In this document: piece by piece, positions 1 through 9,278 of the stretch
Layout: each line of letters opens with the position of its first letter
Position numbering within the stretch: position 1 is the first letter of the stretch
Assembly (NCBI RefSeq): GCF_035277845.1
Contig: NZ_DATEJS010000221.1
Location: 1 to 45,047 of the forward strand
Direction of reading: 5' to 3'
DNA: 45,047 nt
From: Microbacterium sp.
Lineage (GTDB): Bacteria > Actinomycetota > Actinomycetes > Actinomycetales > Microbacteriaceae
Notes under the pieces: model-generated
What the model saw: the letters and a program-made list of their open reading frames with translations, nothing else
The model's database searches: none
Told to the model about the DNA's origin: nothing
Translations under genes and position numbers: made by a program

Positions 1-295
1 ACTTGATTCTCGCGATCTCTTCCGACAGTACGGAGCTCTTCTTGGCGCCGCTGAATGAGCCTTCGGCAAAGTGGGCATTGAGCGCGTTCGTGTGCTTCGC
101 TTGAATAACGGTGATTCCACCCCATGGGCCGGCGGTGCTAGGGAACCGCTCAGCCACGCCGTGGAAGCGCGCATCCCGCCCGCCGTCCGGGCCCTTCGCG
201 AACTCCTGAACTCCGGCGCCAAAGAGGTAGCGTGCGCACTCGACGACGAGACGTTCGAACTGGTCCTCGTGGAGGTCCTCGAACGGGTATGACAT
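1..295 (-). CDS. Mrr-like PD-(D/E)XK nuclease N-terminal domain, probable ABC-three-component/Lamassu-type effector (partial; runs off the left edge)
   Basis: Manual translation from ATG at 295 is open to base 1: MSYPFEDLHEDQFERLVVECARYLFGAGVQEFAKGPDGGRDARFHGVAERFPSTAGPWGGITVIQAKHTNALNAHFAEGSFSGAKKSSVLSEEIARIK. Shows Mrr-type motifs FExLV, GxDGGxD and QAK. Not in the ORF track because it has no stop within the window. Confidence 0.8.
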   Translation of the reverse strand, partial: MSYPFEDLHEDQFERLVVECARYLFGAGVQEFAKGPDGGRDARFHGVAERFPSTAGPWGGITVIQAKHTNALNAHFAEGSFSGAKKSSVLSEEIARIK

Positions 296-686
296 ACACC
301 AATGCTATTGGGGCATGCATCGCACGACTGCTACCACACGGCCCGGGCACGAGTGGATCCGTCGTCCTGGTCGATCGTCACTGCTCGCCGGTGCCGAGCG
401 CCAGCCGCCGCGAAGGCGTTGCGGCCCCGACTCGGCGCTTCGGCGCTGGTGGTGGCAGGAGCCGGGCCAGGCTCGCGCACCTGACGCGAGGCCCGCAGGC
501 CTCAGGGCGCGCCGCGAACGCAAGCCGGTCCTTCGCCGTCCGCTTCCGAGCCGCGAACACTGTCCATGCGATGCCGCGTTCGCTGATCCCCGTAAGACCC
601 GCAGGGTGAAGTGCCCGGTGAGGGTGCGTCAACTGCAATAGGATCTCCGACCCAGTCCGCGCCCGATTGCTGGCTGGCAGAGACGC

Positions 687-1919
687 TCAATCGATGAGTT
701 CGGGCCCCCCCGCGGCATGGGGTGCAAGCAGTTCGCCAACCAGATCCGCAGCGCCCCGCTGAAGGGTCCTCACTGCGTGCGAGTACGTGTTCAACGTCGT
801 CTGAATATCCGCGTGCCCGAGCCGCTCCGACACGATCTTCGGATGAACGCCGGCCCGCAGCAGCAATGTCGCATGGGTGTGGCGCAACTCGTGGAGGTGC
901 AGCGCATCCAGATCAGGGTGCGCCTCGACAGCCTTCGAGACCCGCTCTCGCCACTGTCGCGAGAACTGTGTCGGGTTGTGTGGACGCCCGTAGCGATTGC
1001 AGAAGATCAGCTGCTCCCCTCGTGCGAACTCCGGCGCGACCGCGCGCAGCATCTCACGCTTCGCGCGCAGGGCGTCGGCGAGCCGCGCGTCGATGTCGAC
1101 GTTCCTGACTCGCCCGCTCTTGGTCGCGTGGAAGTCGATGACCGGCTTCTTGCCGGCCTCCTTCACATACGACATCGCTCGGGCGATCGTGATCACGTTG
1201 TTATCGAGATCAACGTCCTTCCAGCGGAGCCCGAGCAGCTCGCCACGGCGCATTCCCGTGCCGAGCAGCGTGAGCCATGCCAGCCACAGGTAGTCCCCAC
1301 TCGACTCGGACCAGTCGAGGAAGAGTCGGGCATCCTCTGCCGACCACGTGGTCATCTCAGGCGGCGCCGCCTCGAGCTTCGTCGGCGGGGACGCGCGCTT
1401 GGCCGCATTGAGACGAACCAGACCGTCCTCGAGGGCGTGTTGGAGGATCTGCGAGACCAGCACGTGGATGTGCCGAATCGTCGCGGCGCCGAGGGGCTCA
1501 CCAACGTGCCCTCGATCCTTGCGTCCGTCGCGCTCCAGCTGCCGGTAGTAGCGGTTCAGTTGGTCTTTGGTGATGTCGGCGAGAGGCGTCCGCCCGATCG
1601 ATGATGATTCGACGTGTACTCGATAGTGCTTGCGGTAGCCGGCGAGTGTGGTCGACCGCACTCGCAGTCCGTCGAAGTACTTCGACGAGTACGAGTTGAG
1701 TGTTTCGCGGGTCTCCTCGATGTGGACGCCCCGACGGATGTCGACCTGCAGCCCTTCGAGAGTCTCTCTCGCGAACCGCTCGGTCTCGAATCCCCGCCGG
1801 AACAAGCGGACCAGTTCGCCGTCAGGTCGCGCGGTCCAGTACGCGATGCGGTATCGGGTCTCCCCTGACGGTGTCTGATAGGCAGACAGCGTGCCTTCGT
1901 GATTCACCCGCCGCACCAT
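687..1919 (-). CDS. Tyrosine recombinase/integrase
   Basis: 410 aa. Catalytic set visible: GMRRGE (R), ATKSG (K), HELRH (HxxR), LGH (H), NTYSH (Y). N-terminal arm-binding-like region. Confidence 0.96.
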   Translation of the reverse strand: MVRRVNHEGTLSAYQTPSGETRYRIAYWTARPDGELVRLFRRGFETERFARETLEGLQVDIRRGVHIEETRETLNSYSSKYFDGLRVRSTTLAGYRKHYRVHVESSSIGRTPLADITKDQLNRYYRQLERDGRKDRGHVGEPLGAATIRHIHVLVSQILQHALEDGLVRLNAAKRASPPTKLEAAPPEMTTWSAEDARLFLDWSESSGDYLWLAWLTLLGTGMRRGELLGLRWKDVDLDNNVITIARAMSYVKEAGKKPVIDFHATKSGRVRNVDIDARLADALRAKREMLRAVAPEFARGEQLIFCNRYGRPHNPTQFSRQWRERVSKAVEAHPDLDALHLHELRHTHATLLLRAGVHPKIVSERLGHADIQTTLNTYSHAVRTLQRGAADLVGELLAPHAAGGPELID

Positions 1920-1931
1920 GGCCGCACATCC

Positions 1932-2513
1932 TCAGCTCATCGATGGCCCGTCGCGACCTACTTCGCCGACGAAGGGTCCGGTCGCGTCCGCGCCCGGAAG
2001 CCGAACATCGGATGCCATCCCATCCACCCTCGCACGATTCATCAGACGGGTGGCCGTGCTCTGGCTGACTCCCAGGCACTCGGCGACGGTCTTCAGCGGT
2101 GGAAGATTCACAGCTGTCGCCAGCCGATAGGTCGTCGCTGCATCCGCGACGCTCTCCATGGTTGTCCGCCCAGAGCGCTCACGCATCCTGTGGACGAAGT
2201 CCGCGCCAGTGAGTGTGTCACCCGAACGGTCGGCAACAGCCGAGACATACAGGCCGCTCAGCTGAAGCGCGGATTGGACGCGAACCTCCCGCAGCGTCAG
2301 GCTCGTCACCTCGTCGCCGGCGCCACCGCGCTCGACCGTCACGGCAACAGCGGCAGTCCGGCCGAGGATTTCGTCGTACTCGACGTGAAGTCGGATGCCG
2401 CCCGCGACTCCCGGCTCCTCGCGGACGATCACGGTCCACGAGCGCGGCACGCTCACGCCGTTGCCGAGCACCACGCGCTCCGCGCTCACGTTCTCAGCCT
2501 GCATGGTCGCCAT
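1932..2513 (-). CDS. Putative DNA-binding regulator with C-terminal HTH (DUF6214-like architecture)
   Basis: C-terminal YRLATAVNLPPLKTVAECLGVSQSTATRLMNRAR is HTH-like. Ends 12 bp before the integrase start. ATG 2513 chosen because a -10-like GATACT lies 7 nt upstream (leaderless start). Confidence 0.7.
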   Translation of the reverse strand: MATMQAENVSAERVVLGNGVSVPRSWTVIVREEPGVAGGIRLHVEYDEILGRTAAVAVTVERGGAGDEVTSLTLREVRVQSALQLSGLYVSAVADRSGDTLTGADFVHRMRERSGRTTMESVADAATTYRLATAVNLPPLKTVAECLGVSQSTATRLMNRARVDGMASDVRLPGADATGPFVGEVGRDGPSMS

Positions 2514-2552
2514 GGCCGTCAGTATCGCAGGGCAGGTCGCTCTGAGCAACAC

Positions 2553-2627
2553 ATGTCATGATGCAGCCATGACATTTATGGCTCAATCGGTGCTATCGTG
2601 TGGGCTACCGCTGTCACAGATGGCTCA
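2553..2627. promoter_or_regulatory. Divergent control region with an inverted repeat and a direct repeat
   Basis: ATGTCATG-N7-CATGACAT at 2553-2575; ATGGCTCA at 2578-2585 and 2620-2627; extended -10-like TGCTATCGT at 2591-2599. Confidence 0.6.
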
Positions 2628-2645
2628 TGGAAGGCGGTAGCGATC

Positions 2646-2825
2646 ATGAATCATTCGGAGACCTCACTCGCCCTGACGTACAAGGACGCAGCGGATCTGG
2701 TCGGTGTCGAGTACCGGACGATCAAGGCCGGGGTCGAGCGAGGCACCATTCCGAGCGTCCAGCTGGGGCCGCGGCGGATGATCCCGAGAGCCGCGCTGCT
2801 GCGTGTGTTCGGCGTCGAACCCTGA
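2646..2825 (+). CDS. Excisionase-family HTH protein (HTH_17-like)
   Basis: 59 aa MNHSETSLALTYKDAADLVGVEYRTIKAGVERGTIPSVQLGPRRMIPRAALLRVFGVEP; typical Xis pattern; divergent from the integrase operon; GAAGG upstream. Confidence 0.88.
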   Translation: MNHSETSLALTYKDAADLVGVEYRTIKAGVERGTIPSVQLGPRRMIPRAALLRVFGVEP

Positions 2826-3868
2826 GCCAGAACGCCGAGCATCATGGTCGACGCACGCCTTCCCGCCGAATGGCTGGGACTGCGCGGTCGACGGCCACGA
2901 ACTCGTCGCCTATGGGACCGGCGCGGTCTGCACCTATCTGCCGAACAAAGATTCGGGCGCGTAATGCCAGCCCTCCGTCCGCGAGAGTGTAGCGATCACG
3001 CGCGACTCCGCGCCGGGCTTTCGCGGCATATCCTCGCTCCTCCGCTGCGCTCCGGTGCTGCGGTATTCCACGGTCCTGGAGCTGCGCCGCCCGTGATCGC
3101 TCAATGCGCGGCTATCGGAGCGTCGGCACAGGCCGAGGTGACGACGCGACGGGGTCTCAGTGGCGGGCCGGGACTTCGAGCTCAGCCGGCAGGCGTCGCA
3201 CTCCTGGATCGATCTCGTCGCGGACAGGACGCACGCGGTCGAGGCCGAGCCGGCACTGGTGGCGCCCGGATATCCGTCGCTGTCGCAGTCTTCGTACGCG
3301 CAACGACAACCATGCTCATCCCCTGACGATCGTCGCGCTGTCTGCGACTCGCCAGAAGCCGCTCCCGCATGCGAACCTGTTTTGTACGTCAGTCCGCCCC
3401 TTCGTCGCCCTACGTCAAGACTGGATCGTGCGCGTGACCGGCGGCAACGCTGCATGGGGAGGGGCTCCGGCCTGTCGTCCCGCAAGGTGACGGCCGACTG
3501 GTCATACACATTCGAGCTCTTCGCGAGAGTCGTCGGGGCGGCAAAGCACGAATGTCAACACGGAATCGGTGTTTCGCACGCATGAGCGTGCTGCGCCACG
3601 CGATGTTCGGGATGGGAGACAGCAGCCACGCCCAGACTTACTCGCGCGGGAGCGAGAACTCGACGAAAGCGCTCACCCGTGCCGGCGCCCGCCGCGTCGG
3701 CGAACACAGACGAGACGAAGCCTGCGGACCGGCCGACATCGAGGCCGCGAGACTGGGTCGACGGGTCCTCGCAGCGGCCAGATCGGAAGCCGCGTGTAGC
3801 TGGCGATCGTAGAATGAGATACCCGCGCCGGTCCCGAGGTCCGGCGAAACACGTCGACGAGGAGGTCG

Positions 3869-4891
3869 ATGATGACGTTGCAGCCCGTCGCCCCGGTGTC
3901 GCTGGAGTTCAACGCCGGCCGCCCCGAAGCTCTCTCACGGTGGCGCACGCTCGTCGACGCGCTCTTCCCGCCGCTGCGAGTCGTGCCCGAGCGGGGACGA
4001 GAATTCGGCGGCCGTATCGCCGCAGTGGGCCGGTCCGAGCTCCGGCTCACCGACATTACGGCATCCCCGCACCGGGTCGAGCGGGCTCCGGATCGGATCA
4101 CCGGGGTCGCCCGCGACTACTACAAGGTGAGCTTCCAGGTGCACGGTCAGGGTGTGATGCGCCAGGACGACCGGGAGCTCCACCTGGCCCCCGGATCGAT
4201 TGCCGTGTACGACACGGGCAGGCCCTATGAGCTGGAGTTCGCGACGGATTACCGGTTCATCGTGGCGATGTTCCCCAAGACCGCACTGTCATTGCCAGCC
4301 GGGATCCCTGGTGAGCTCACCGCGCACCCGCTTGGCGAGCACCAGGGACTTGGAGCGGTAATGGGCTCCTACGTGCACGGCCTGGCAGCGAACCCGCAGG
4401 TGCTCTTGGGGACCTCGGGCGAGCTGGTCGCGCAGAACTTCCTCGATCTGGTCTCGGCGTTCGTGGCGGAGCAGCTGGAGGTGTCCGCCGTCGGCGAGCG
4501 GGCGGAGCGAACCGTGTTGCTCTTGCGGGTGCTGCGTCACATCGATCAGCACCTGGCAGATCCCGACCTGGATCCTGCGTCGATCGCGGACGCCCACTAC
4601 GTGTCCGTGCGGCATTTGTATAACGTGTTCAGCCTCACCGGGGTGAGCGTCAGCGCCTGGATCAAAGAGCGCCGCCTGCTCGGCGCCAGGCGTGAGTTGG
4701 CCGATCCCAGGATGCGCGAGCTGACGGTGACGCAGGTGGCCACACGGTGGGGTTTCGCGGATCACGGCTACTTCGGTCGGCAATTCCGGGAACGCTTCGG
4801 GGTCACCCCGGGAGCCTGGAGCGCCGAGCAACAGCGGGCCGAGCGTGCAGGGGATTCGCATCCCCGTGCCGTGGATTCCGATACCCGGTAG
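3869..4891 (+). CDS. AraC-family transcriptional regulator (FeaR-like ligand-binding domain)
   Basis: C-terminal double HTH (IADAHYVSVRHLYNVF; VATRWGFADHGYFGRQFRERFGVTP); N-terminal cupin-like domain. Confidence 0.93.
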   Translation: MMTLQPVAPVSLEFNAGRPEALSRWRTLVDALFPPLRVVPERGREFGGRIAAVGRSELRLTDITASPHRVERAPDRITGVARDYYKVSFQVHGQGVMRQDDRELHLAPGSIAVYDTGRPYELEFATDYRFIVAMFPKTALSLPAGIPGELTAHPLGEHQGLGAVMGSYVHGLAANPQVLLGTSGELVAQNFLDLVSAFVAEQLEVSAVGERAERTVLLLRVLRHIDQHLADPDLDPASIADAHYVSVRHLYNVFSLTGVSVSAWIKERRLLGARRELADPRMRELTVTQVATRWGFADHGYFGRQFRERFGVTPGAWSAEQQRAERAGDSHPRAVDSDTR

Positions 4892-4965
4892 GCCCTAGCG
4901 GCGAATCCTAGATCGCGGGCATGTTCGGCCACGAAGAAGTGGCGGCCCGATCGGAAGGATCCGCG

Positions 4966-5862
4966 ATGACCGCGCAGGAGATCGCCCAGCTTAGAGATGC
5001 TCTGTCCCAAGGGGGCGTCGACTTCACTGCACCACCGACCATTGAGCGGGTGAACTTCGATGGGCTTCTCGGGTCCTTCCCGCAAGACGACTCGCTACAG
5101 ACCACGCCCCGGACTATCAACGGCGTCCCCGGTCTGTGGTCGGACGGACCGGGCAAGAATGTGCTGCTCTACCTCCACGGAGGCGGATACACGCTCGGTT
5201 CGGCAGCCGGCTACCGGCAACTGGCGGCCTCCATCGCCGCACAGGCGGGAGTAGCGCTGTTCTCCGCTGATTACCGGCTCGCGCCCGAGCACCCGTTTCC
5301 GGCCGCATTGGACGACGCCGTTGCCGCGTACCGAGGCCTACTGGAAGAGGGCTTCTCCGCCGATCAGATCGTGGTCGGCGGAGATTCGGCGGGCGGCGGC
5401 CTGACGGTCGCGACGCTGACACGGCTTCGGGACGAGGGGACGGACCTGCCTGCGGGGGCGTTTCTGATCTCGCCGTGGACGGACCTGACCCTGTCCGGCG
5501 CGACCGTGCAAAGCAAAGCCGACGACGACCCGAGCCTGAACGTTGAGGGGCTCTCTGCCGCGGCTGCGCACTACCTGGCTGGTGTCGACCCGAGCGTCCC
5601 GGGTGCATCCCCTGTGTTCGCGGATCTGACAGGTCTCCCGCCGCTGTCAATTCATCACGGGGAGAGCGAGATCCTGCTGTCCGACTCGCTGCGCCTGACC
5701 GCGCGAGCGGCCGAAGCGGCAGTAGACGTGCGGTTGCGCGTGTGGCCTGGCATGGTGCATGACTGGCCACTGTTTGCGTTCATGCTCAGCGAAGGACGGG
5801 AAGCGATTGCGGAGGTCGTCTCGTTCACGCAGGCTCGCCTCGGAGTGGAGGTGGCGGCATGA
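4966..5862 (+). CDS. HSL-family alpha/beta hydrolase (esterase/lactonase)
   Basis: HGGG oxyanion motif, YRLAPEHPFPA, GDSAGG nucleophile elbow, late His (GMVHDW). ATG 4966 follows GGAAGGA; an in-frame ATG also exists at 4921. Stop overlaps the next start (ATGA). Confidence 0.93.
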   Translation: MTAQEIAQLRDALSQGGVDFTAPPTIERVNFDGLLGSFPQDDSLQTTPRTINGVPGLWSDGPGKNVLLYLHGGGYTLGSAAGYRQLAASIAAQAGVALFSADYRLAPEHPFPAALDDAVAAYRGLLEEGFSADQIVVGGDSAGGGLTVATLTRLRDEGTDLPAGAFLISPWTDLTLSGATVQSKADDDPSLNVEGLSAAAAHYLAGVDPSVPGASPVFADLTGLPPLSIHHGESEILLSDSLRLTARAAEAAVDVRLRVWPGMVHDWPLFAFMLSEGREAIAEVVSFTQARLGVEVAA

Positions 5863-7475
5863 GCGCTGTGCAGCAGGTTGATGTTCTCGTCGTCGGCACA
5901 GGCTTCGCGGGGCTGGCAGCCCTGGCCCAGTTGCGCCGCGACGGCAAGACAGTCGTCGCCGTTGAGCGCGGCTCGGATGTGGGTGGGACCTGGTATTGGA
6001 ACCGCTACCCGGGGTTGCGCTGCGACGTCGAGAGCCTGGACTACTCCTACTCGTGGGACGAGGAGTTGCAGCAGGAATGGACGTGGACTGAGCGGTACGC
6101 GGCGCAACCAGAGATCCTCGCGTACGCCCGGCACGTGGCCGACAAGTTCGATCTGCGCCGCGACATCCGCTTCGACACCTCGGTGAACGGCCTCCGATTC
6201 GACGCACAGCGGGACAAGTGGACAGCGACGCTGTCCGATGGCAACACGATGACCGCCCAGTGGGTGGTCCTGGCCACCGGCGCGCTCTCCACGCCCAAGC
6301 GGATCGACATCGCCGGTGTGGAGTCCTTCCGCGGAGAGAGCTACCACACCGCAGACTGGCCGACTGAACCGGTCTCGTTCGCGGGCAAGCGGGTCGCGGT
6401 GATCGGCACCGGGTCCTCCGGCATACAGGTATCCACGGAGATCGCCAAGGACGCCGGCCACCTTTACGTGCTGCAGCGCACTCCCAGCTACAGCGTGCCC
6501 TCGTTCAACCGACCACTGCGACCCGAGGAGATCGCCGATACGAAGGCGGACTACCCCTCAATCCGTGCGAAGGCCCGCACGACGCCGGATGGCCTCCTCG
6601 CCCCGCAGACAGGACGCAACACCATGGATGTGCCGGCGGAGGAGCGACGGCAGATTCTGGAGGAGGTCTATGCGACGGGGCGGCCCTTCACATACTTCGG
6701 CATCTTCAACGACGTGCTGGTCGACGACGACGCTAACCAGCAGGTGCACGAGTTCCTCGCCGACAAGATCCGATCTAGGGTGAAGGACCTCTCCATCGCC
6801 GAGAAGCTGATCCCATCGGGATCCCCATTCGGGACGCGACGCGCCTGCGTCGACGGCGGCTACTACGAGATCTTCAACCAGGACAACGTCTCCCTCGTTG
6901 CCCTGCGCGAAACTCCGATCCGACGAATCATGCCCGACGGCATCGAGACCTCCAACGAAGTCATCCCACTCGACGCGATCGTTTTTGCGACCGGGTACGA
7001 CGCCTTCACCGGCACCCCCACAGCGATCGACATCATCGGCGCAGAGGGGGTGAGCATGAAGGACGCATGGGGACACGGTGCGCGCGCCTATCTCGGCCTG
7101 ATGGTCGCCGGGTTCCCCAACCTGTTCCTGGTCACCGGGCCGCAGAGCCCCGCGGTGCTCAGCAACATGTTCGTCTCCATCGAGCAGCACGTCGAGTGGA
7201 TCATCCGTGCGATCAGCGACGCCGATGCCGAAGGAATCACCCGCATGGAAGCCGACCCCCAAGCCGAGCGCGACTGGATCGAGCACGCCGCCCAGGTCGC
7301 CGACAGCACCGTCTACCGCAAAGCCACCTCCTGGTACGTCGGCGCGAACGTCCCCGGCAAGCCGCGCATCGTGCTGCCGTACCTCGGGGGCGTAGGAGCA
7401 TTCCGCGAGCATTGCACCCAGATTGCCGACAGCGGCTACGTCGGCTTCACCCGCCGGGTGCCGGTGATGCGCTGA
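5859..7475 (+). CDS. Type I Baeyer-Villiger monooxygenase
   Basis: Two Rossmann motifs (GTGFAG, GTGSSG); fingerprints GGTWYWNRYPGLRCD and FRGESYHTADWP; FATGY motif. Confidence 0.95.
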   Translation: MSAVQQVDVLVVGTGFAGLAALAQLRRDGKTVVAVERGSDVGGTWYWNRYPGLRCDVESLDYSYSWDEELQQEWTWTERYAAQPEILAYARHVADKFDLRRDIRFDTSVNGLRFDAQRDKWTATLSDGNTMTAQWVVLATGALSTPKRIDIAGVESFRGESYHTADWPTEPVSFAGKRVAVIGTGSSGIQVSTEIAKDAGHLYVLQRTPSYSVPSFNRPLRPEEIADTKADYPSIRAKARTTPDGLLAPQTGRNTMDVPAEERRQILEEVYATGRPFTYFGIFNDVLVDDDANQQVHEFLADKIRSRVKDLSIAEKLIPSGSPFGTRRACVDGGYYEIFNQDNVSLVALRETPIRRIMPDGIETSNEVIPLDAIVFATGYDAFTGTPTAIDIIGAEGVSMKDAWGHGARAYLGLMVAGFPNLFLVTGPQSPAVLSNMFVSIEQHVEWIIRAISDADAEGITRMEADPQAERDWIEHAAQVADSTVYRKATSWYVGANVPGKPRIVLPYLGGVGAFREHCTQIADSGYVGFTRRVPVMR

Positions 7476-7596
7476 GGCGCCGCGCGCGCACGCAACCCGG
7501 ACGTCAAGGGAGAGGAGACCCGTCCATGCCTGGGACGAAACCGTCGCTCGACGGCGCCGCACTCCTGGACCGCGGGTGCAGGGCCAGCACGCTGTC

Positions 7597-7641
7597 CTCG
7601 GCATCGAGCGGCTCAAGTCCGTGTCCGTAACGCAGGTCACA
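7597..7641 (+). pseudogene. Possible aldehyde dehydrogenase C-terminal remnant
   Basis: Encodes LGIERLKSVSVTQVT just upstream of the GMC gene, reminiscent of ALDH C-termini; very short. Confidence 0.3.
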
Positions 7642-7667
7642 GCTACTGACCAGAAAGAACACCACGC

Positions 7668-9188
7668 ATGTCAAAGAAGACCGTCATCGTCGTCGGAGCC
7701 GGTTCGGCCGGCTCTGTCGTCGCACGCCGCCTCGTCGACGCGGGAGTCGACGTCACGCTCCTGGAAGCGGGCGGAGAAGACACCAACCCCGCCATCCACG
7801 ACCCGGCCCGGCTCGTCGAACTGTGGCACGGCCCCAACGACTGGGACTACTACACCGTGCCGCAGGAACACGCCGCCGGACGGCGCCTGCACCTGCCGCG
7901 AGGCAAGGTCCTAGGGGGCTCCCATGCTCTCAACGCGATGATCTGGGTGCGCGGGAACCCGTCCGACTTCGACCACTGGGCCGAGCTCGGCAATGAAGGC
8001 TGGTCGTGGGACGAGGTCCTGCCCGTCTACAAAGCAATCGAGGAATACGTCGGTGCGCCATCCGGCCTACGCGGCACGTCCGGGCTACTGCCCGTAACCG
8101 GCGACTACGCCCTCGCGCCGATCCAGGCATCCATCATCGACGCGTACGTGGAGGAGGGCCTCAACCGCAATCCCGACTACAACGGAGACCATCAGGACGG
8201 GATCTCCCAACAGCAGGTCACCATCCGCAACGGGCGACGGGTAAACACCTGGATGTCGTATCTGGCGCCGGTGCGCGATCGGCTGCAGATACTCACTGGT
8301 GCTCACGTGCACTCGGTCATCGTCGAAAACGGCCGGGCCGTCGGAGTGCGCTACCGCCGTGACGGCGAAGAGATGGAGCGGCGCGCAGACGAGGTCGTCC
8401 TCGCCGCCGGCGCCCTTGACTCTCCGGCCATCCTGCAACGATCGGGAATCGGCCCCGCGGAGCTTCTCGCCGGCCTCGGCATCCCCGTCGTCCTGGACGC
8501 CCCAGGGGTAGGGGAGAACCTCCACGACCACCTCCTGGCCCCCGTGATCTTCACCACCGAGCTCGTGGTCGACCCGCCGGCCGACGGCATGTCCGCCACT
8601 CAGTCGCACGCGTTCTGGAAGAGTCGCTCCGACCTGGATGTGCCGGACACTCAGCCCATCAACTTCTCTGTACCCATGTTCAGCGAAGACCTCGAGCCCA
8701 ATGCCGGATGGGGCTTCTCCTTGATGGCGGGAATCGTCACGCCGAAGAGCCGCGGCCGCCTCCAGATCACCGGTCCCGGCCTTGAAGATCCAATCGAAAT
8801 CGACCTGCAAGCACTCGCCGAACAAGACGACGTACAGTCCCTGGTCGCGTCCGTGCGGCAGTGTCGTTCAGTCGGCAGGCAGCCCGCGCTCGCTGGAGCA
8901 TGGGGAGCCCGCGAGCTGTACCCGGGCTCGGAAGTGGCTGACGAGGATCTCGAGCAATACGTCCGCCGCACCGCGATCACATACCACCACCAGGTCGGTA
9001 CGTGTCGGATGGGAACCGATTCGAACGCTGTGGTCGACTCGCGTTTGCGCACGCACCACATCGCGGGCCTGCGAGTGATCGACGCTTCGATCATGCCGAC
9101 AGTCACAACAGGAAACACCAACGCCCCCGCGATCCTCATCGGGGAGCAAGGCGCCAGGTTCCTACTCGAAGATCTCAGCAGCGACTGA
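7668..9188 (+). CDS. GMC-family FAD oxidoreductase (alcohol oxidase/dehydrogenase)
   Basis: GAGSAG FAD motif, RGKVLGGS..LN, GENLHDH, catalytic His/Asn region YHHQVGT ... GNTNAP. Confidence 0.95.
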   Translation: MSKKTVIVVGAGSAGSVVARRLVDAGVDVTLLEAGGEDTNPAIHDPARLVELWHGPNDWDYYTVPQEHAAGRRLHLPRGKVLGGSHALNAMIWVRGNPSDFDHWAELGNEGWSWDEVLPVYKAIEEYVGAPSGLRGTSGLLPVTGDYALAPIQASIIDAYVEEGLNRNPDYNGDHQDGISQQQVTIRNGRRVNTWMSYLAPVRDRLQILTGAHVHSVIVENGRAVGVRYRRDGEEMERRADEVVLAAGALDSPAILQRSGIGPAELLAGLGIPVVLDAPGVGENLHDHLLAPVIFTTELVVDPPADGMSATQSHAFWKSRSDLDVPDTQPINFSVPMFSEDLEPNAGWGFSLMAGIVTPKSRGRLQITGPGLEDPIEIDLQALAEQDDVQSLVASVRQCRSVGRQPALAGAWGARELYPGSEVADEDLEQYVRRTAITYHHQVGTCRMGTDSNAVVDSRLRTHHIAGLRVIDASIMPTVTTGNTNAPAILIGEQGARFLLEDLSSD

Positions 9189-9214
9189 GACATAAACCCA
9201 CCGCACCCGAGATC

Positions 9215-9251
9215 CGGCTCTCTGCGGACCATCAGCGCAGACAGAGAGCCG
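9215..9251 (+). other. Intercistronic stem-loop
   Basis: CGGCTCTCTG (9215-9224) pairs with CAGAGAGCCG (9242-9251) between the GMC and EthD genes; no U tract. Confidence 0.5.
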
Positions 9252-9278
9252 ATTCGCATCACGAACAGAGAATCACAC

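Noticed and set aside
71-292. 73-aa plus-strand ORF in the track
   Set aside because: It is the antisense shadow of the Mrr-like gene on the minus strand, which has recognisable motifs.
611-624. CCCTCACCGGGCAC on the minus strand downstream of the integrase, resembling a tRNA 3' end (att core)
   Set aside because: No T-loop precedes it, and there is no second copy or tRNA gene in the window. It cannot be called att without comparing to the host tRNA set.
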